Shown one piece after another: positions 20,916 through 31,084 of a stretch of 64,000 bases of DNA (position 1 is its first letter; every line of letters starts with the position of its first letter). The translations under genes were made by a program, and so were the position numbers. The DNA is taken from positions 544,001 to 608,000 of the forward strand of contig CAWCKY010000002.1 of assembly GCA_963796275.1 (NCBI GenBank), read 5' to 3'. The notes under the pieces were generated by a model. That model did no database searches. It saw only the letters and a program-made list of their open reading frames with translations, and had not been told where the DNA came from. Source of the stretch: an uncultured Acidobacteriota bacterium (GTDB taxonomy: Bacteria > Acidobacteriota > Blastocatellia > RBC074).

Positions 20916-21410
20916 TAAGCCTCCAGTTCCTTTGGGGCACTGGTGGCTGACCCACCTTTGTTTTGTTACACACTTCATCCAGGCGTGGCTCTGCCTGCAC
21001 GCTTAAACGTGGTCCGGCACAACCTGCGGATGCGTTTCGGAGCCCGACCCAAACCTCCGACCAATTGCTCGAGACCTCCGTCATCGAGCACATCATCCCA
21101 GCGCTGACGGCTAACCGACAAGCTTCGGCTTACTCAAGTGCGCCGCGTGATAGGTTGCCCTGATAAACGCCTTAAGTTTGCGTTCCGAATTGTTCTTGAT
21201 AACTTAATTGATAACCTAATTGATATATTTGTGACATTTCAGCCAAGTATTAAACTTTCCCCTAAGCGAATGACTGTCTGGCCACTACACTATACGACAC
21301 AACTTGCATTTCGGATGTAAATATTTCATCGTTGTACCAAGAAAATGTTCGTAATACCACGTTTCAATCCGAAATAAGTACCTGAACCAGATAACATGTG
21401 TCGTATTGAT

Positions 21411-22850
21411 TCAGCTGAGAAGGTCTGTGACTACCTGGCCATGTACATCTGTCAAACGGAAATCGCGGCCGGCGTAGCGGTATGTCAGGAGTTCGTGATC
21501 GAAGCCCAGTAAGTGGAGCAGAGTCGCGTGTAGATCGTGGATGTGAACGGGTTTTTCCGCGGCCGCGAACCCGAATTCATCGGTGGCGCCGTGGATATAG
21601 CCTTTCTTCACGCCGCCACCTGCGAGCCACATCGTGAAACCGTGGTTGTTATGATCTCGTCCCCAATCGGCTTTATCGGCGCCGCCGGAAGCGCCGGTCA
21701 ACTCGACCACCGGCGTGCGGCCGAATTCCCCGCCCCATATCACGAGCGTGTCGTCCAGCATTCCGCGCTGCTTCAGATCCTCGAGCAAGGCAGCAATCGG
21801 CTTATCGGTCGCCTGGGCCAGTTGTTTGTGGCTCGATGTCAGATACTCGTGATTGTCCCAGGGCTGATCTTTGCCCTGCCAGACCTGTACGAAGCGCACG
21901 CCGCGTTCGAGCAGGCGCCGCGCCATCAGCAGCTGCCTTCCGTACAACGTATCGCCGTACTTCTCCCTGATCGGCTGTGGTTCTTCGTTGACGTCGAAAG
22001 CGTCGGTCGCTTCAGCCTGCATGCGAAACGCGAGTTCGTAAGATTGAATCTGCGCTTCGATCATCGAATCTTCCTGTCGCTGTTTTTGATATCGCTGGTT
22101 CAATGCGGCCAGAAGATCGAGCTGTTTGCGCTGCTGCGAACTTGATGTGAAATCGTTTTTGATATGTTGGATCAGCCGCTCTACCTCGGTCTCTTTCGTG
22201 TCGATATATGTGCCCTGATAGACTGAAGGTAAGAAACCGGCAGTCCAGTTCTGCGTGCCGCTGACCGGATAACCATACGGGCAGAGAACGATGAAGCCCG
22301 GCAGGTTCTGATTTTCCGTACCCAATCCATATGTCAGCCATGAGCCGAAGCTCGGGCGGATTTGCCGCAAGTCGCCGCAATTCATCATCAGGAGCGAAGG
22401 CTCGTGATTCGGCAAATCTGTGTGCATCGAGCGAATAATACAGAGATTGTCCACATGCTGGGCGACGTTCGGATAGAGTTCGCTAACCTCGATGCCGCTT
22501 TGCCCGTATTTCCTGAACTGATATGGTGAGCCGAAGCCGACGCCGGTTTTACGTTCGGTCTTTAAATGAATGGGCAGCGGTTTGCCATCGTATTTCGTGA
22601 GCATCGGCTTGGGGTCGAAGGTATCGACGTGCGATGGCCCTCCGTTCATAAACAAATGGATGACGCGTTTGATTTTCGGCGTGAAGTGCGGCTGCCTGGC
22701 GGCAAGCGGATTATTGAAGCTATTGTCATCGGCCATTGAGGTCTGCCCGGACAACGGCAGAAACGCGAGCGATCCCAAGCCCATTCCACAGGCGCGTAGC
22801 AGATCACGGCGCGTCAAGAAACGATCTTCCAAGGAGTGTTCTTTTTTCAT
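21411..22850 (-). CDS. DUF1501-family Tat-exported protein
   Basis: TRRDLL twin-arginine signal; LFMNGGPSHVDTFDPKP; WGGEFGRTP; GRDHN; HDLHATLLH. Confidence 0.9.
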   Translation of the reverse strand: MKKEHSLEDRFLTRRDLLRACGMGLGSLAFLPLSGQTSMADDNSFNNPLAARQPHFTPKIKRVIHLFMNGGPSHVDTFDPKPMLTKYDGKPLPIHLKTERKTGVGFGSPYQFRKYGQSGIEVSELYPNVAQHVDNLCIIRSMHTDLPNHEPSLLMMNCGDLRQIRPSFGSWLTYGLGTENQNLPGFIVLCPYGYPVSGTQNWTAGFLPSVYQGTYIDTKETEVERLIQHIKNDFTSSSQQRKQLDLLAALNQRYQKQRQEDSMIEAQIQSYELAFRMQAEATDAFDVNEEPQPIREKYGDTLYGRQLLMARRLLERGVRFVQVWQGKDQPWDNHEYLTSSHKQLAQATDKPIAALLEDLKQRGMLDDTLVIWGGEFGRTPVVELTGASGGADKADWGRDHNNHGFTMWLAGGGVKKGYIHGATDEFGFAAAEKPVHIHDLHATLLHLLGFDHELLTYRYAGRDFRLTDVHGQVVTDLLS

Positions 22851-22888
22851 TTGGCTATTTTGATCCCTTTGTGCGTTTTTGCGATAAC

Positions 22889-25800
22889 TCAATCGATAAT
22901 CAAAAACTCCGCCGCCGCCAAAAGAACCTGCGCATAGCGCTCCCATGAGTTCAAACTGCTCACAGTCGGATTGCGGAAATCGCGCACGGAATTCCATTCT
23001 TCAGAAGCCCCATCCAGTTGCTTGATCGTCACTGCCCATCTGAATCCATTGCCGGAGCCGCCCTTGTCCGCGTCAATGATAAAATCGATCGAGTCGCCTC
23101 GCCGGACGACCAGTTCATTGACGGTCGTCCCGATTTTAACTGGTCCGGCCATCCAATCGCCTGCTCTCCCGGACCGGCTCGAAACGATACTTCCCTGCAC
23201 GCCCTCGCATTTGCGGCACCCATTCTCGAAGTTCTGTTCGAGCAAGCCGTCAATGGCAACGAGTCCATCGAACGGCGCGATCCAACGGCGGATGAGCGCA
23301 TTCGATTTCCCATCGTAGGATAGTCCGCCTTTGCTATTGAGAAGCGCGGGCGAGCTTCGCGGATCGCCAGGCATCGGAGTGTTGCGCCACTCGCCATTCA
23401 GGTGCCATTCGAACGGGTTGAATGTTTTGACGCGCTGCGCCTTCTCATCATAATCGCCCTGCCCATACTGCCACGCTCCGCATTTCCGGTCGTCAAACCT
23501 TGTCCCACTATCTTCGCTATTGGCGGGATCGTTCACATATCTCAACCCGAGCGAGATTTCATCGGCATTCGGCGAGCGCCCGTACAACAACCTGTACAGT
23601 TTCGTGATGCGCTGGCGCGCATTCTTTTCAGCCGCGATTTCGGGCCGCTTCATCATTGCCTTCGCCTGTTCGATCACGAACGGGCTGTTCATCATCAATA
23701 AAGCCTGCTGCGGCACAGTTGTCAGGTAGCGTTGCGGGCTGTGCGCGTCGGGGCTGGCGAAATCGAATATGCGAAAATCGTTGGGGACCAGCGCGCGATC
23801 GATGAAGGAATAGACGGTGCGCCGTTTTGAATAGGGCCACGCGATGGCGCTCACCGGCAATCCGCCGGGCGTGCGTTCGAGCGTTCCGCCGGCGGCCAGC
23901 AAGGAATCGCGCAGCTCTTCCAGGTCCATACGGCGCCGATTCATGCGCCATAACCATCTATTTTCAGGATCGAGGTTGTGGGCAGCCGGATTGTTACCGC
24001 TGCTCTGCTGATATGCGCGCGAAAGCATCAAAATCCGATGCAGCCCCTTGATCGACCAGCCCCCATCGATAAAGGACTTCGCCAGATAATCCAGCAATTC
24101 GGGATGCGTAGGCGCTTCGCCTCGCGTGCCGAAATCGCTCGGCGTGCGTACCAGGCCGTTGCCGAAATGATGCTGCCAGACGCGGTTCACCATTACCCGA
24201 GCGGTCAGCGGATTATCTCTGTGAGCGATTGCCCGGGCGAGCTCTAGTCGACCGCTGCCGTTTGTAAAACGCCGGCGATCTTCTCCGGCGAGAACCAGAA
24301 GAAATTGCGGATAGACTTGTTCGCCTCTATTTTCGGGTTTGCCGCGCAGAAAGACGTTACCCGGCTTGGGATCAGTGACATCTTCAATGGCTTGCGCGCG
24401 CGGCGGCGCCCCGCGATAGGCTTGCGTGAGAACCAGCTTCTCGAGCCGGCGACGCTTCCCATCTTCATTCTGTTTGTCGGTCGAGAGACGAACGCTTTCA
24501 TAGTCGCTGAACGGAAAACTGACCGGCGAATCCGCGCCGTGCAGTATTTGCCGCAAGGACTCTTCGCTCGCATCTTTGAGCGGCTCCGATTTGTCGTAAG
24601 ATGCGAGCAACTTGCCATAGGTCTCAGCCACATCGCGCATCGACGCGGGAGCTTTTGGGAAAGCCTGGGCAACAAGCGGATGTAGTTTATTCATTTCCAA
24701 CCCGGCCCAGACGGCCGATGCTTTATCCGCGAAATCTTTTTCAGGTATCGTCGCCAGCCTGTGCCAGAGCGTCCAGCTGGGATCATCGCTCGACTTCTCC
24801 AAGTATGCTCGCCACCGGCTTAACATATAGACGTTGAAATCTTTATCCCGCGCGAATTTTTGTAACTCGTCTTCTTTTTTCAGATCGCGCGCTTCGTATA
24901 CGCTGCGCAGACATTTGGCGACTTCCGGCGCGGTGCGATACAACTCCTTCAGTTTCGGATAGCGTGTCTCGCGCAGTTTGGCGATTTCGGCCTCAACCTT
25001 TATCTCTTCGGCTTTGACCTCAGCTTCCCAGGCAGAGAGGTCGGCTTTGGGATCTAGCAGCGGAAGCTTCTTGGGTTCGCGCGAGTTATTGAAGATCGTA
25101 TAGAACGAATAGTAATCCTGAGTCGGAATCGGATCGAACTTATGATTATGGCATCGCGCGCAGCTTACCGTCAGTCCCATTAACCCGCGCGACACGACGT
25201 CTATCTTGTCGTCGATTTTTTCGTGCTGATTCACGCCCAAGCCGCCGCGACTCAAACTGACGAACCCCAGGGCAGCAAGATTGCGCGGATCATTCTCAGG
25301 CAATTTGTCGGCCGCGAGCTGTTGCACGATAAATCGATCGTACGGCAGGTCTTCGTTTAAAGCGCGAATCACCCAATCGCGGTACGTGTACGCATACGGA
25401 ATCCAACCGTGCAGGTTTCGCCCAGCATCGATCATTCCTACCGTATCGGAATAACGCGCGACGTCCAGCCAATGCCTGCCCCAACGCTCTCCATAATGCG
25501 GACTTGCCAGCAACCGGTCGACCACCTTCGCGAATGCATCGGGAGATTTATCGGCGAGAAACGCATCCACCTCGTCCGGCGACGGCGGTAAACCCGTCAA
25601 ATCATAGGTTGCCCGTCGAAGCAATGTGCGTTTGTCCGCTGGCGGATTGAACGTCAGATTATTGGCTGCGAGTTGGGCAAGAAGGAACGCATCGACCGCA
25701 TTGCCTGTTACACCTTTGACGGTTGGAACTGCGGGATTGCTAACCGGTTGAAATGACCAGAAAGCTTTATGTTCAGGTTTGATGATGTACTGGTTTTTCG

Positions 25801-26218
25801 TGACGGCAGCGGCAGGCCAGGCCGCTCCGTCACGGATCCACTTCGATAGATCGGCGATCTCCTCTTCTTTGAGCTTCGCGCCACCTTTGGGCATCTTGAG
25901 ACTTTCATCCAAATGCGAAACGGCTTTGATGAGCAGACTCTCCTCAGGTGGTTTGCCGACGACGATCGCCGGGCCGCGTTTGCCGCCTTTCAACATAGAT
26001 TCGCGCGAATCCAGGCGCAGACCGCCATTGGCGGAGTCGGTGTGGCAATCGTAACAGTGGGTAACCAGAACGGGACGAATCTTCGCTTCGAAGAAATCAA
26101 TCTTTGCAGCATCCGCCGACTGTGCGGCGTCGACCGAACGAGGCGGTGCGGTGACGAATGCACATACTATAGACCCAACTGCCGCCAAGATGAGTAACTT
26201 GATGCAATCGCAATTCAT
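22889..26218 (-). CDS. Planctomycete-type cytochrome c / DUF1549 / DUF1553 (PSD1) protein
   Basis: CYDCH and CARCH heme motifs, YGERWGRHWLDVARY, RVMVNRVWQHHFG, PTHPELLDYLA. Confidence 0.9.
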   Translation of the reverse strand: MNCDCIKLLILAAVGSIVCAFVTAPPRSVDAAQSADAAKIDFFEAKIRPVLVTHCYDCHTDSANGGLRLDSRESMLKGGKRGPAIVVGKPPEESLLIKAVSHLDESLKMPKGGAKLKEEEIADLSKWIRDGAAWPAAAVTKNQYIIKPEHKAFWSFQPVSNPAVPTVKGVTGNAVDAFLLAQLAANNLTFNPPADKRTLLRRATYDLTGLPPSPDEVDAFLADKSPDAFAKVVDRLLASPHYGERWGRHWLDVARYSDTVGMIDAGRNLHGWIPYAYTYRDWVIRALNEDLPYDRFIVQQLAADKLPENDPRNLAALGFVSLSRGGLGVNQHEKIDDKIDVVSRGLMGLTVSCARCHNHKFDPIPTQDYYSFYTIFNNSREPKKLPLLDPKADLSAWEAEVKAEEIKVEAEIAKLRETRYPKLKELYRTAPEVAKCLRSVYEARDLKKEDELQKFARDKDFNVYMLSRWRAYLEKSSDDPSWTLWHRLATIPEKDFADKASAVWAGLEMNKLHPLVAQAFPKAPASMRDVAETYGKLLASYDKSEPLKDASEESLRQILHGADSPVSFPFSDYESVRLSTDKQNEDGKRRRLEKLVLTQAYRGAPPRAQAIEDVTDPKPGNVFLRGKPENRGEQVYPQFLLVLAGEDRRRFTNGSGRLELARAIAHRDNPLTARVMVNRVWQHHFGNGLVRTPSDFGTRGEAPTHPELLDYLAKSFIDGGWSIKGLHRILMLSRAYQQSSGNNPAAHNLDPENRWLWRMNRRRMDLEELRDSLLAAGGTLERTPGGLPVSAIAWPYSKRRTVYSFIDRALVPNDFRIFDFASPDAHSPQRYLTTVPQQALLMMNSPFVIEQAKAMMKRPEIAAEKNARQRITKLYRLLYGRSPNADEISLGLRYVNDPANSEDSGTRFDDRKCGAWQYGQGDYDEKAQRVKTFNPFEWHLNGEWRNTPMPGDPRSSPALLNSKGGLSYDGKSNALIRRWIAPFDGLVAIDGLLEQNFENGCRKCEGVQGSIVSSRSGRAGDWMAGPVKIGTTVNELVVRRGDSIDFIIDADKGGSGNGFRWAVTIKQLDGASEEWNSVRDFRNPTVSSLNSWERYAQVLLAAAEFLIID

Positions 26219-26436
26219 CCGTCGAGCCTTTCGATATTGAGAGTTGTATAAATCTTACCGATGTGATGGTTCGCGCCGTGCAACAATGAGAGGCCCGACG
26301 CTTGTCATATGCAAATCATCAACATTTCTAGTATTTGTGCAAGGAGATTTACTACAAAACTCATGTATTCAATACCCAGAACTCCTCGACAATGAACGCA
26401 TCGTGTAACGAAGATTGAGCAAAAATGTCATAGATC

Positions 26437-26541
26437 TGAAAAGCGCCTGGGTACGCACGCTTCCAGCGTGCTGGACTTCGATCAATCGGCCGCTGGAGAA
26501 AACCAGGCACGCTGGAAGCGTGCGTACCCAGGCGCTTTTCA
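26437..26541. repeat. REP/REPIN-like long inverted repeat
   Basis: Perfect 35-bp inverted arms (26437-26471 and 26507-26541), each containing the internal palindrome GCACGC-TTCCA-GCGTGC. Confidence 0.9.
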
Positions 26542-26620
26542 TCGTCTTACTGTGGTTTAGATTTGACGCGAAGTAACAAGAAAAGATATTGGTGAGACCG
26601 GTTATGTCTCACCAATCCAC

Positions 26621-28684
26621 TCAGAACTGCTCCGGCCGGGGTCGAGTAATGCCCAGCTTACGGTACCTGGTATTAAGCGTCGTGCGGTGCAAGCCGAGGC
26701 GCGCCGCAGCTCCTTTGGGTCCGCCGATCACCCAGTTTGATTCGCGCAATATTCGCAGTATGTGCTCACGCTCCACATTTTCGAGCGTTACCGCCCCGTC
26801 GATATGATTGTTTGCAACTTTTGCAGACTGCTTCAATTCGGCAAGTGGGACCTCGAGGACTCGGCCGCGTGTGAGAATAACCGCCCGCTCGATGAGGTTC
26901 TGCAATTCCCGTATGTTCCCCGGCCAGCGGTAAGCCGTGAGAGTTGCCATCGTCTCCGCCGGAATCCTTTCGATCGGCTTCTTCATCTGATGCGCGTACT
27001 TGCTGGCGAAGAAATGAACCAGCATGGGAATATCTTCGGGACGTTCACGTAGTGGCGGTAATTTGATCGGGAACACGTTGAGCCGATAGAAAAGGTCGCT
27101 GCGAAACTTCTTTTCGTTCACCAGCCGAGCGAGGTCGACGTTGGTTGCAGCAACCACCCGGGCATCGACGCGAATCGTCCGGGAGCTACCCAATCGTTCG
27201 AATTCCTGCTCCTGAAGTACGCGCAGCAATTTCGGTTGTAACTCGGGAGGAATATCGCCCACCTCATCGAGGAAAATTGTCCCCTCGTGCGCGAGCTCGA
27301 ATCGTCCGACGCGCCGCTCGTTCGCGCCGGTGAAGGCGCCCTTCTCGTGACCGAACAGCTCGCTTTCGAGCAGGCCCGTCGGAATCGCAGCACAATTGAC
27401 CTTGACCAGTGTGCGATCGCGGCGCGCGCTCAGGTTATGGATAGCGCGCGCGATGAGCTCTTTGCCGGTCCCCGTCTCACCGATAATCAAAACGGTGGAG
27501 TCCGCCGGCGCAACCGTCTCGACCTCTTGCAGAACGCGCCTCAACGCGGAACTATTACCGATGATATCCTCGAAATAATGTTCGTCCCTGATCTCTTCCT
27601 CGAGATAGAGCTTCTCTTCTTCCAGCTTGTTTTTGAGCGTTTCGATCTTCCGGAACGCCATGGCGTTCTCCACCGCGATCGCGACCTGTTGGGCTATCTG
27701 CGCGAGCAATTCCGCATCTCCCGCGCTGAAGGCATTCTCGTGCAGGCTCCCCACGCTCAGGGTCCCGAGCGTGCGGTCGTGCGAAACGAGCGGAACAATG
27801 CAGCAGGATCTCACGCCAGCGTCGACCCAGCGTTTACAGACCGGAGATTCGGCATCGTTGTTGTTATTCAATAGAACGGTGCGCCTCTCCCTGAATGCTA
27901 GCCCGGCTCGCTCCCCGTCGATGGGAAGAATTTCGCCTTCGATAAAAAAATCTTCGTTCGCCGGGAAATCAAGCGCCGACATCCGAAGCATATTGATCGA
28001 GTGGTCGTAGAGCGCGAGCGCCGCTAAATCGTGCGCAACCACGCGCTGGATGCAGTCAGAGATCGCCGATAAAAGTTCCCTTTGATTGAGGTTCGAAACC
28101 AGCGTGTTGTTGATCTCCAACAACATCTCGGAACGGTCACGCTCGCGTGCCAGTTTTTGCTGATAACACTGAGCCTCAACCGCGACCGCGATCTGGGCGG
28201 CCACCAGTTGTGCGAATTCGAGGTCGATTCGATCGTACGCGCCGCCTTTCTCGCTCGCAAAGATTAAAACGCCGATACGCTCGCGGACCGTCGTCAGCGG
28301 AAGAATACAAAGCGACTTCACCGGAAACTCAGCCAACTGCTTGGTAGTCGCGAAGCGGGTCTCCCGTTGGACGTCACCAGTGATAAACGGTTGTTGATTT
28401 TCCCAGACCCATCCCGAGATCGAACCATCGACCGGGAGTTCAACCGGAAATTGCCGCATAGCAGGATCGTCTGATTCCAGAATCTGCATACGCATGACAT
28501 CGCGCGCCCCATCGTGCACCATCACGCGAAGATTGTGAAAATCGAATAGATTGTGCAACCGGCCGGCAAGGTCGTGGAACAGGACTGTGAGGTCTCTGTG
28601 TGAGGCGATAGCTTTCGATATCTCGAGTAGCGTGAAATATTGCTGTCGCGTCAGATCGGCGTCATCCGAAGCTTTCTCGATCAA
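26621..28684 (-). CDS. Sigma54-dependent enhancer-binding protein, FhlA-like (GAF-GAF-AAA+-HTH)
   Basis: GETGTGKE, ESELFGHEKGAFTGA, FLDEVG, WPGNIREL, C-terminal HTH. TTG start after AGGAG (ORF track alternative: 28726). Confidence 0.92.
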   Translation of the reverse strand: MIEKASDDADLTRQQYFTLLEISKAIASHRDLTVLFHDLAGRLHNLFDFHNLRVMVHDGARDVMRMQILESDDPAMRQFPVELPVDGSISGWVWENQQPFITGDVQRETRFATTKQLAEFPVKSLCILPLTTVRERIGVLIFASEKGGAYDRIDLEFAQLVAAQIAVAVEAQCYQQKLARERDRSEMLLEINNTLVSNLNQRELLSAISDCIQRVVAHDLAALALYDHSINMLRMSALDFPANEDFFIEGEILPIDGERAGLAFRERRTVLLNNNNDAESPVCKRWVDAGVRSCCIVPLVSHDRTLGTLSVGSLHENAFSAGDAELLAQIAQQVAIAVENAMAFRKIETLKNKLEEEKLYLEEEIRDEHYFEDIIGNSSALRRVLQEVETVAPADSTVLIIGETGTGKELIARAIHNLSARRDRTLVKVNCAAIPTGLLESELFGHEKGAFTGANERRVGRFELAHEGTIFLDEVGDIPPELQPKLLRVLQEQEFERLGSSRTIRVDARVVAATNVDLARLVNEKKFRSDLFYRLNVFPIKLPPLRERPEDIPMLVHFFASKYAHQMKKPIERIPAETMATLTAYRWPGNIRELQNLIERAVILTRGRVLEVPLAELKQSAKVANNHIDGAVTLENVEREHILRILRESNWVIGGPKGAAARLGLHRTTLNTRYRKLGITRPRPEQF

Positions 28685-28922
28685 TGTCCTTCTCCTATTT
28701 TGACTATCTGTCTTAACGATGTACAAAATATTTTTCCCTCAAAAAAATCAGCCTTCATAAAAATTGATCAAAAAATTGATCGCAACAACCTTGCCATATA
28801 CATCATTCTTTCCCCATGCCAACTCAATGTTGATTTTGCCGCGATTATCCCGCAATTATGATAAAGATTTAAAGGTGTTTTGAAATGAAATCTGATATCA
28901 GTGGTGATGGTATTAAGTCATC

Positions 28923-29005
28923 TGGCGAAATAAGGTCATTACCGTACATCATTGAGAGCACGGATTCTGGTGACCGTCACCCGCCAGATGGTGAAATAAG
29001 GTCAT
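28923..29005. promoter_or_regulatory. Putative upstream activator sites (17-bp direct repeat)
   Basis: TGGCGAAATAAGGTCAT (28923-28939) and TGGTGAAATAAGGTCAT (28989-29005), 100-180 bp upstream of a sigma54 promoter. Confidence 0.55.
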
Positions 29006-29103
29006 CTAAATTCAATTATTCACCTCACAACAACCTGAGATTCTCCACCTTATCTTCAATTGATACAAAATCTTGAATCATCATGAAAGGGCAGCAGGAT
29101 CTG

Positions 29104-29118
29104 TGGCAAGGCATTTGC
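29104..29118 (+). promoter_or_regulatory. Sigma54 (-24/-12) promoter
   Basis: TGGCAAGGCATTTGC: GG-N10-GC spacing, 50 bp upstream of the STAS gene, divergent from a GAFTGA activator. Confidence 0.7.
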
Positions 29119-29168
29119 CCTCATACGAAACTGCGACCGATAGATTGCGGAAGAGGGGGCTAGTTTAA

Positions 29169-29456
29169 ATGCTCAGGATTACAACGTGTAACAGACCGGA
29201 GACGACGAGCTTCATCATTGAGGGGAGATTGGCAGGTCACCTAATCCTAGAACTTGATCGATGTTGGCAAGCCGCCATCTCAAAAGATCCGCGCACAACC
29301 ATTATGGTAGATTTGAGCGGAGCAACGTGCATCGATGCGCAAGGGAAACAATTTTTGGCCCAAATGCACAGGAATGGAGCCAAATTGATAGGTACCGGGC
29401 TTATGGCGGATTTCATCATTCGTGAAATCGAGAGTACGATGCATCAGTGCCCATAA
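29169..29456 (+). CDS. Small STAS-domain-like protein
   Basis: IEGRLAG...VDLSGATCIDAQGKQFL STAS pattern; 95 aa. Confidence 0.75.
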   Translation: MLRITTCNRPETTSFIIEGRLAGHLILELDRCWQAAISKDPRTTIMVDLSGATCIDAQGKQFLAQMHRNGAKLIGTGLMADFIIREIESTMHQCP

Positions 29457-29583
29457 CCCGTCAGGTGGCTGTATAACGTCACCGTCAGCGGCCAAATCAT
29501 CCTTACAAAGAATGGCCCTCCAGCAAAATATCAATTGCACACTCAGAGATTTGACCCAGCGACAAAGAAGGCTGATGCAGTTT

Positions 29584-29598
29584 TGGCAAAGCACTTGC
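29584..29598 (+). promoter_or_regulatory. Second sigma54 (-24/-12) promoter
   Basis: TGGCAAAGCACTTGC, GG-N10-GC, 55 bp upstream of the MFP gene. Confidence 0.65.
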
Positions 29599-29653
29599 CA
29601 TTACAACCCGGGAGAAGTTGAGGGAGGTTGATGATAATCACGGAGAAAAATGA

Positions 29654-30922
29654 ATGAGGTCAATATTGAACCAGAAAATAGCGATTGTTGTAGCAGTCAG
29701 TTGTTTGATTTTAGTTGTGATGCTTATCGCACTCGGCCGTTCGAATGAGAAAAAGGCACCGGTGGCAGCAAGTCTGCCTGAAGTAGTGGTCGCTCCGGTC
29801 GTGCAGAAAGATGTTCCCATTTACAGCGAATGGATAGGCACTCTGGACGGTTTGGTGAACGCCGAGATCAGAGCGCAGGTCTCCGGCTACCTGCTCAGTC
29901 GAAACTACACAGAGGGATCCTTTGTAAAAAAAGGCCAGTTATTATTTGAGATAGATCCCAGGCCGTTTCAGGCGGCCTTCGATCAAGCCAAAGGTAACCT
30001 CGCACAGGCAGAAGGGCAGCTTGCGCAGGCAAACGCCCAGCTATTACAGGCGCAGGCGCAGTTGGCACAGGCCGAAGCGAACCAGGTGAAAACGCAACTC
30101 GATGTGGATCGTTATACCCCGCTCGCGCGGCAGAATGCGATCACGAATCAGGAGCTGGATAATGCAGTCCAGGCCAATCTAGCCTCCAAGGCCGAAGTCA
30201 AGGCCGCGAACGCCCGGGTAGAGACGGCTAAGGCGGCGATCATAGCGACGAAGGCGTCCGTCGAAGCGGCCGGCGCCGCGGTCCACATGGCTGAACTCAA
30301 TCTGGGATTCACCAGGATAAGTTCGCCTATCGATGGCATCGCGGGCATCGCTCAGGCACAGGTGGGCAACCTGGTCAACCCGAGCAGCGGGTTACTCGCC
30401 ACTGTTTCTACGGTCGATCCCATCAAGGTCTATTTCACGCTCAGCGAGCGTGAGTATCTGATCAACAGCAAGCGCAGCCCGAAGGAACGCGACGCGGCGA
30501 ACAATAAACTCGTGCTGGAGCTGGTACTGGTTGACGGTACTACTTATTCGCATAAGGGACGTTTCTTTGTGGCGGACCGTGAGGTCAGCCGGGAGACGGG
30601 GGCGATCCGGATCGCCGGTCTCTTCTCGAATCCCGGCAACACCCTGCGCCCGGGCCAGTATGGTCGTGTCCGGGCCGTGACGAGCTTGAAGGAGAATGCG
30701 CTTCTCGTCCCCCAACGCGCGGTAACCGAATTGCAGGGCAGCTACCGGGTCGCAGTTGTGGGGAGCGACAACAAGGTGGCCATACGCCCAGTAAAGGTCG
30801 GCGACCGCGTCGATTCGATGTGGATTATCGAGGACGGGCTGAAACCCGATGAAAGCGTCGTCGCCGAGGGTACGCAGAAAGTCAGGCCGGATATGATGGT
30901 GATACCGAAGCCCTCCCAATGA
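29654..30922 (+). CDS. RND efflux periplasmic adaptor (MFP)
   Basis: EIRAQVSGYL...EGSFVKKGQLLFEIDP, long coiled coil, ISSPIDG, LRPGQYGRV. Confidence 0.93.
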   Translation: MRSILNQKIAIVVAVSCLILVVMLIALGRSNEKKAPVAASLPEVVVAPVVQKDVPIYSEWIGTLDGLVNAEIRAQVSGYLLSRNYTEGSFVKKGQLLFEIDPRPFQAAFDQAKGNLAQAEGQLAQANAQLLQAQAQLAQAEANQVKTQLDVDRYTPLARQNAITNQELDNAVQANLASKAEVKAANARVETAKAAIIATKASVEAAGAAVHMAELNLGFTRISSPIDGIAGIAQAQVGNLVNPSSGLLATVSTVDPIKVYFTLSEREYLINSKRSPKERDAANNKLVLELVLVDGTTYSHKGRFFVADREVSRETGAIRIAGLFSNPGNTLRPGQYGRVRAVTSLKENALLVPQRAVTELQGSYRVAVVGSDNKVAIRPVKVGDRVDSMWIIEDGLKPDESVVAEGTQKVRPDMMVIPKPSQ

Positions 30923-31084
30923 GGGGCTTGCGTAAAAATCAGAACCGAGTATCGCCACCGATGAAATAAAAAGGGACAACAAAGCACAAAACAGATGGCT
31001 CATATCCCCTTACCGAACCTACTTTTGTGTTTTTCGTCCCTTTGTGTTTTTGTGGCGCCGTTTTTTCAGAAGCGAGGTTAATCT

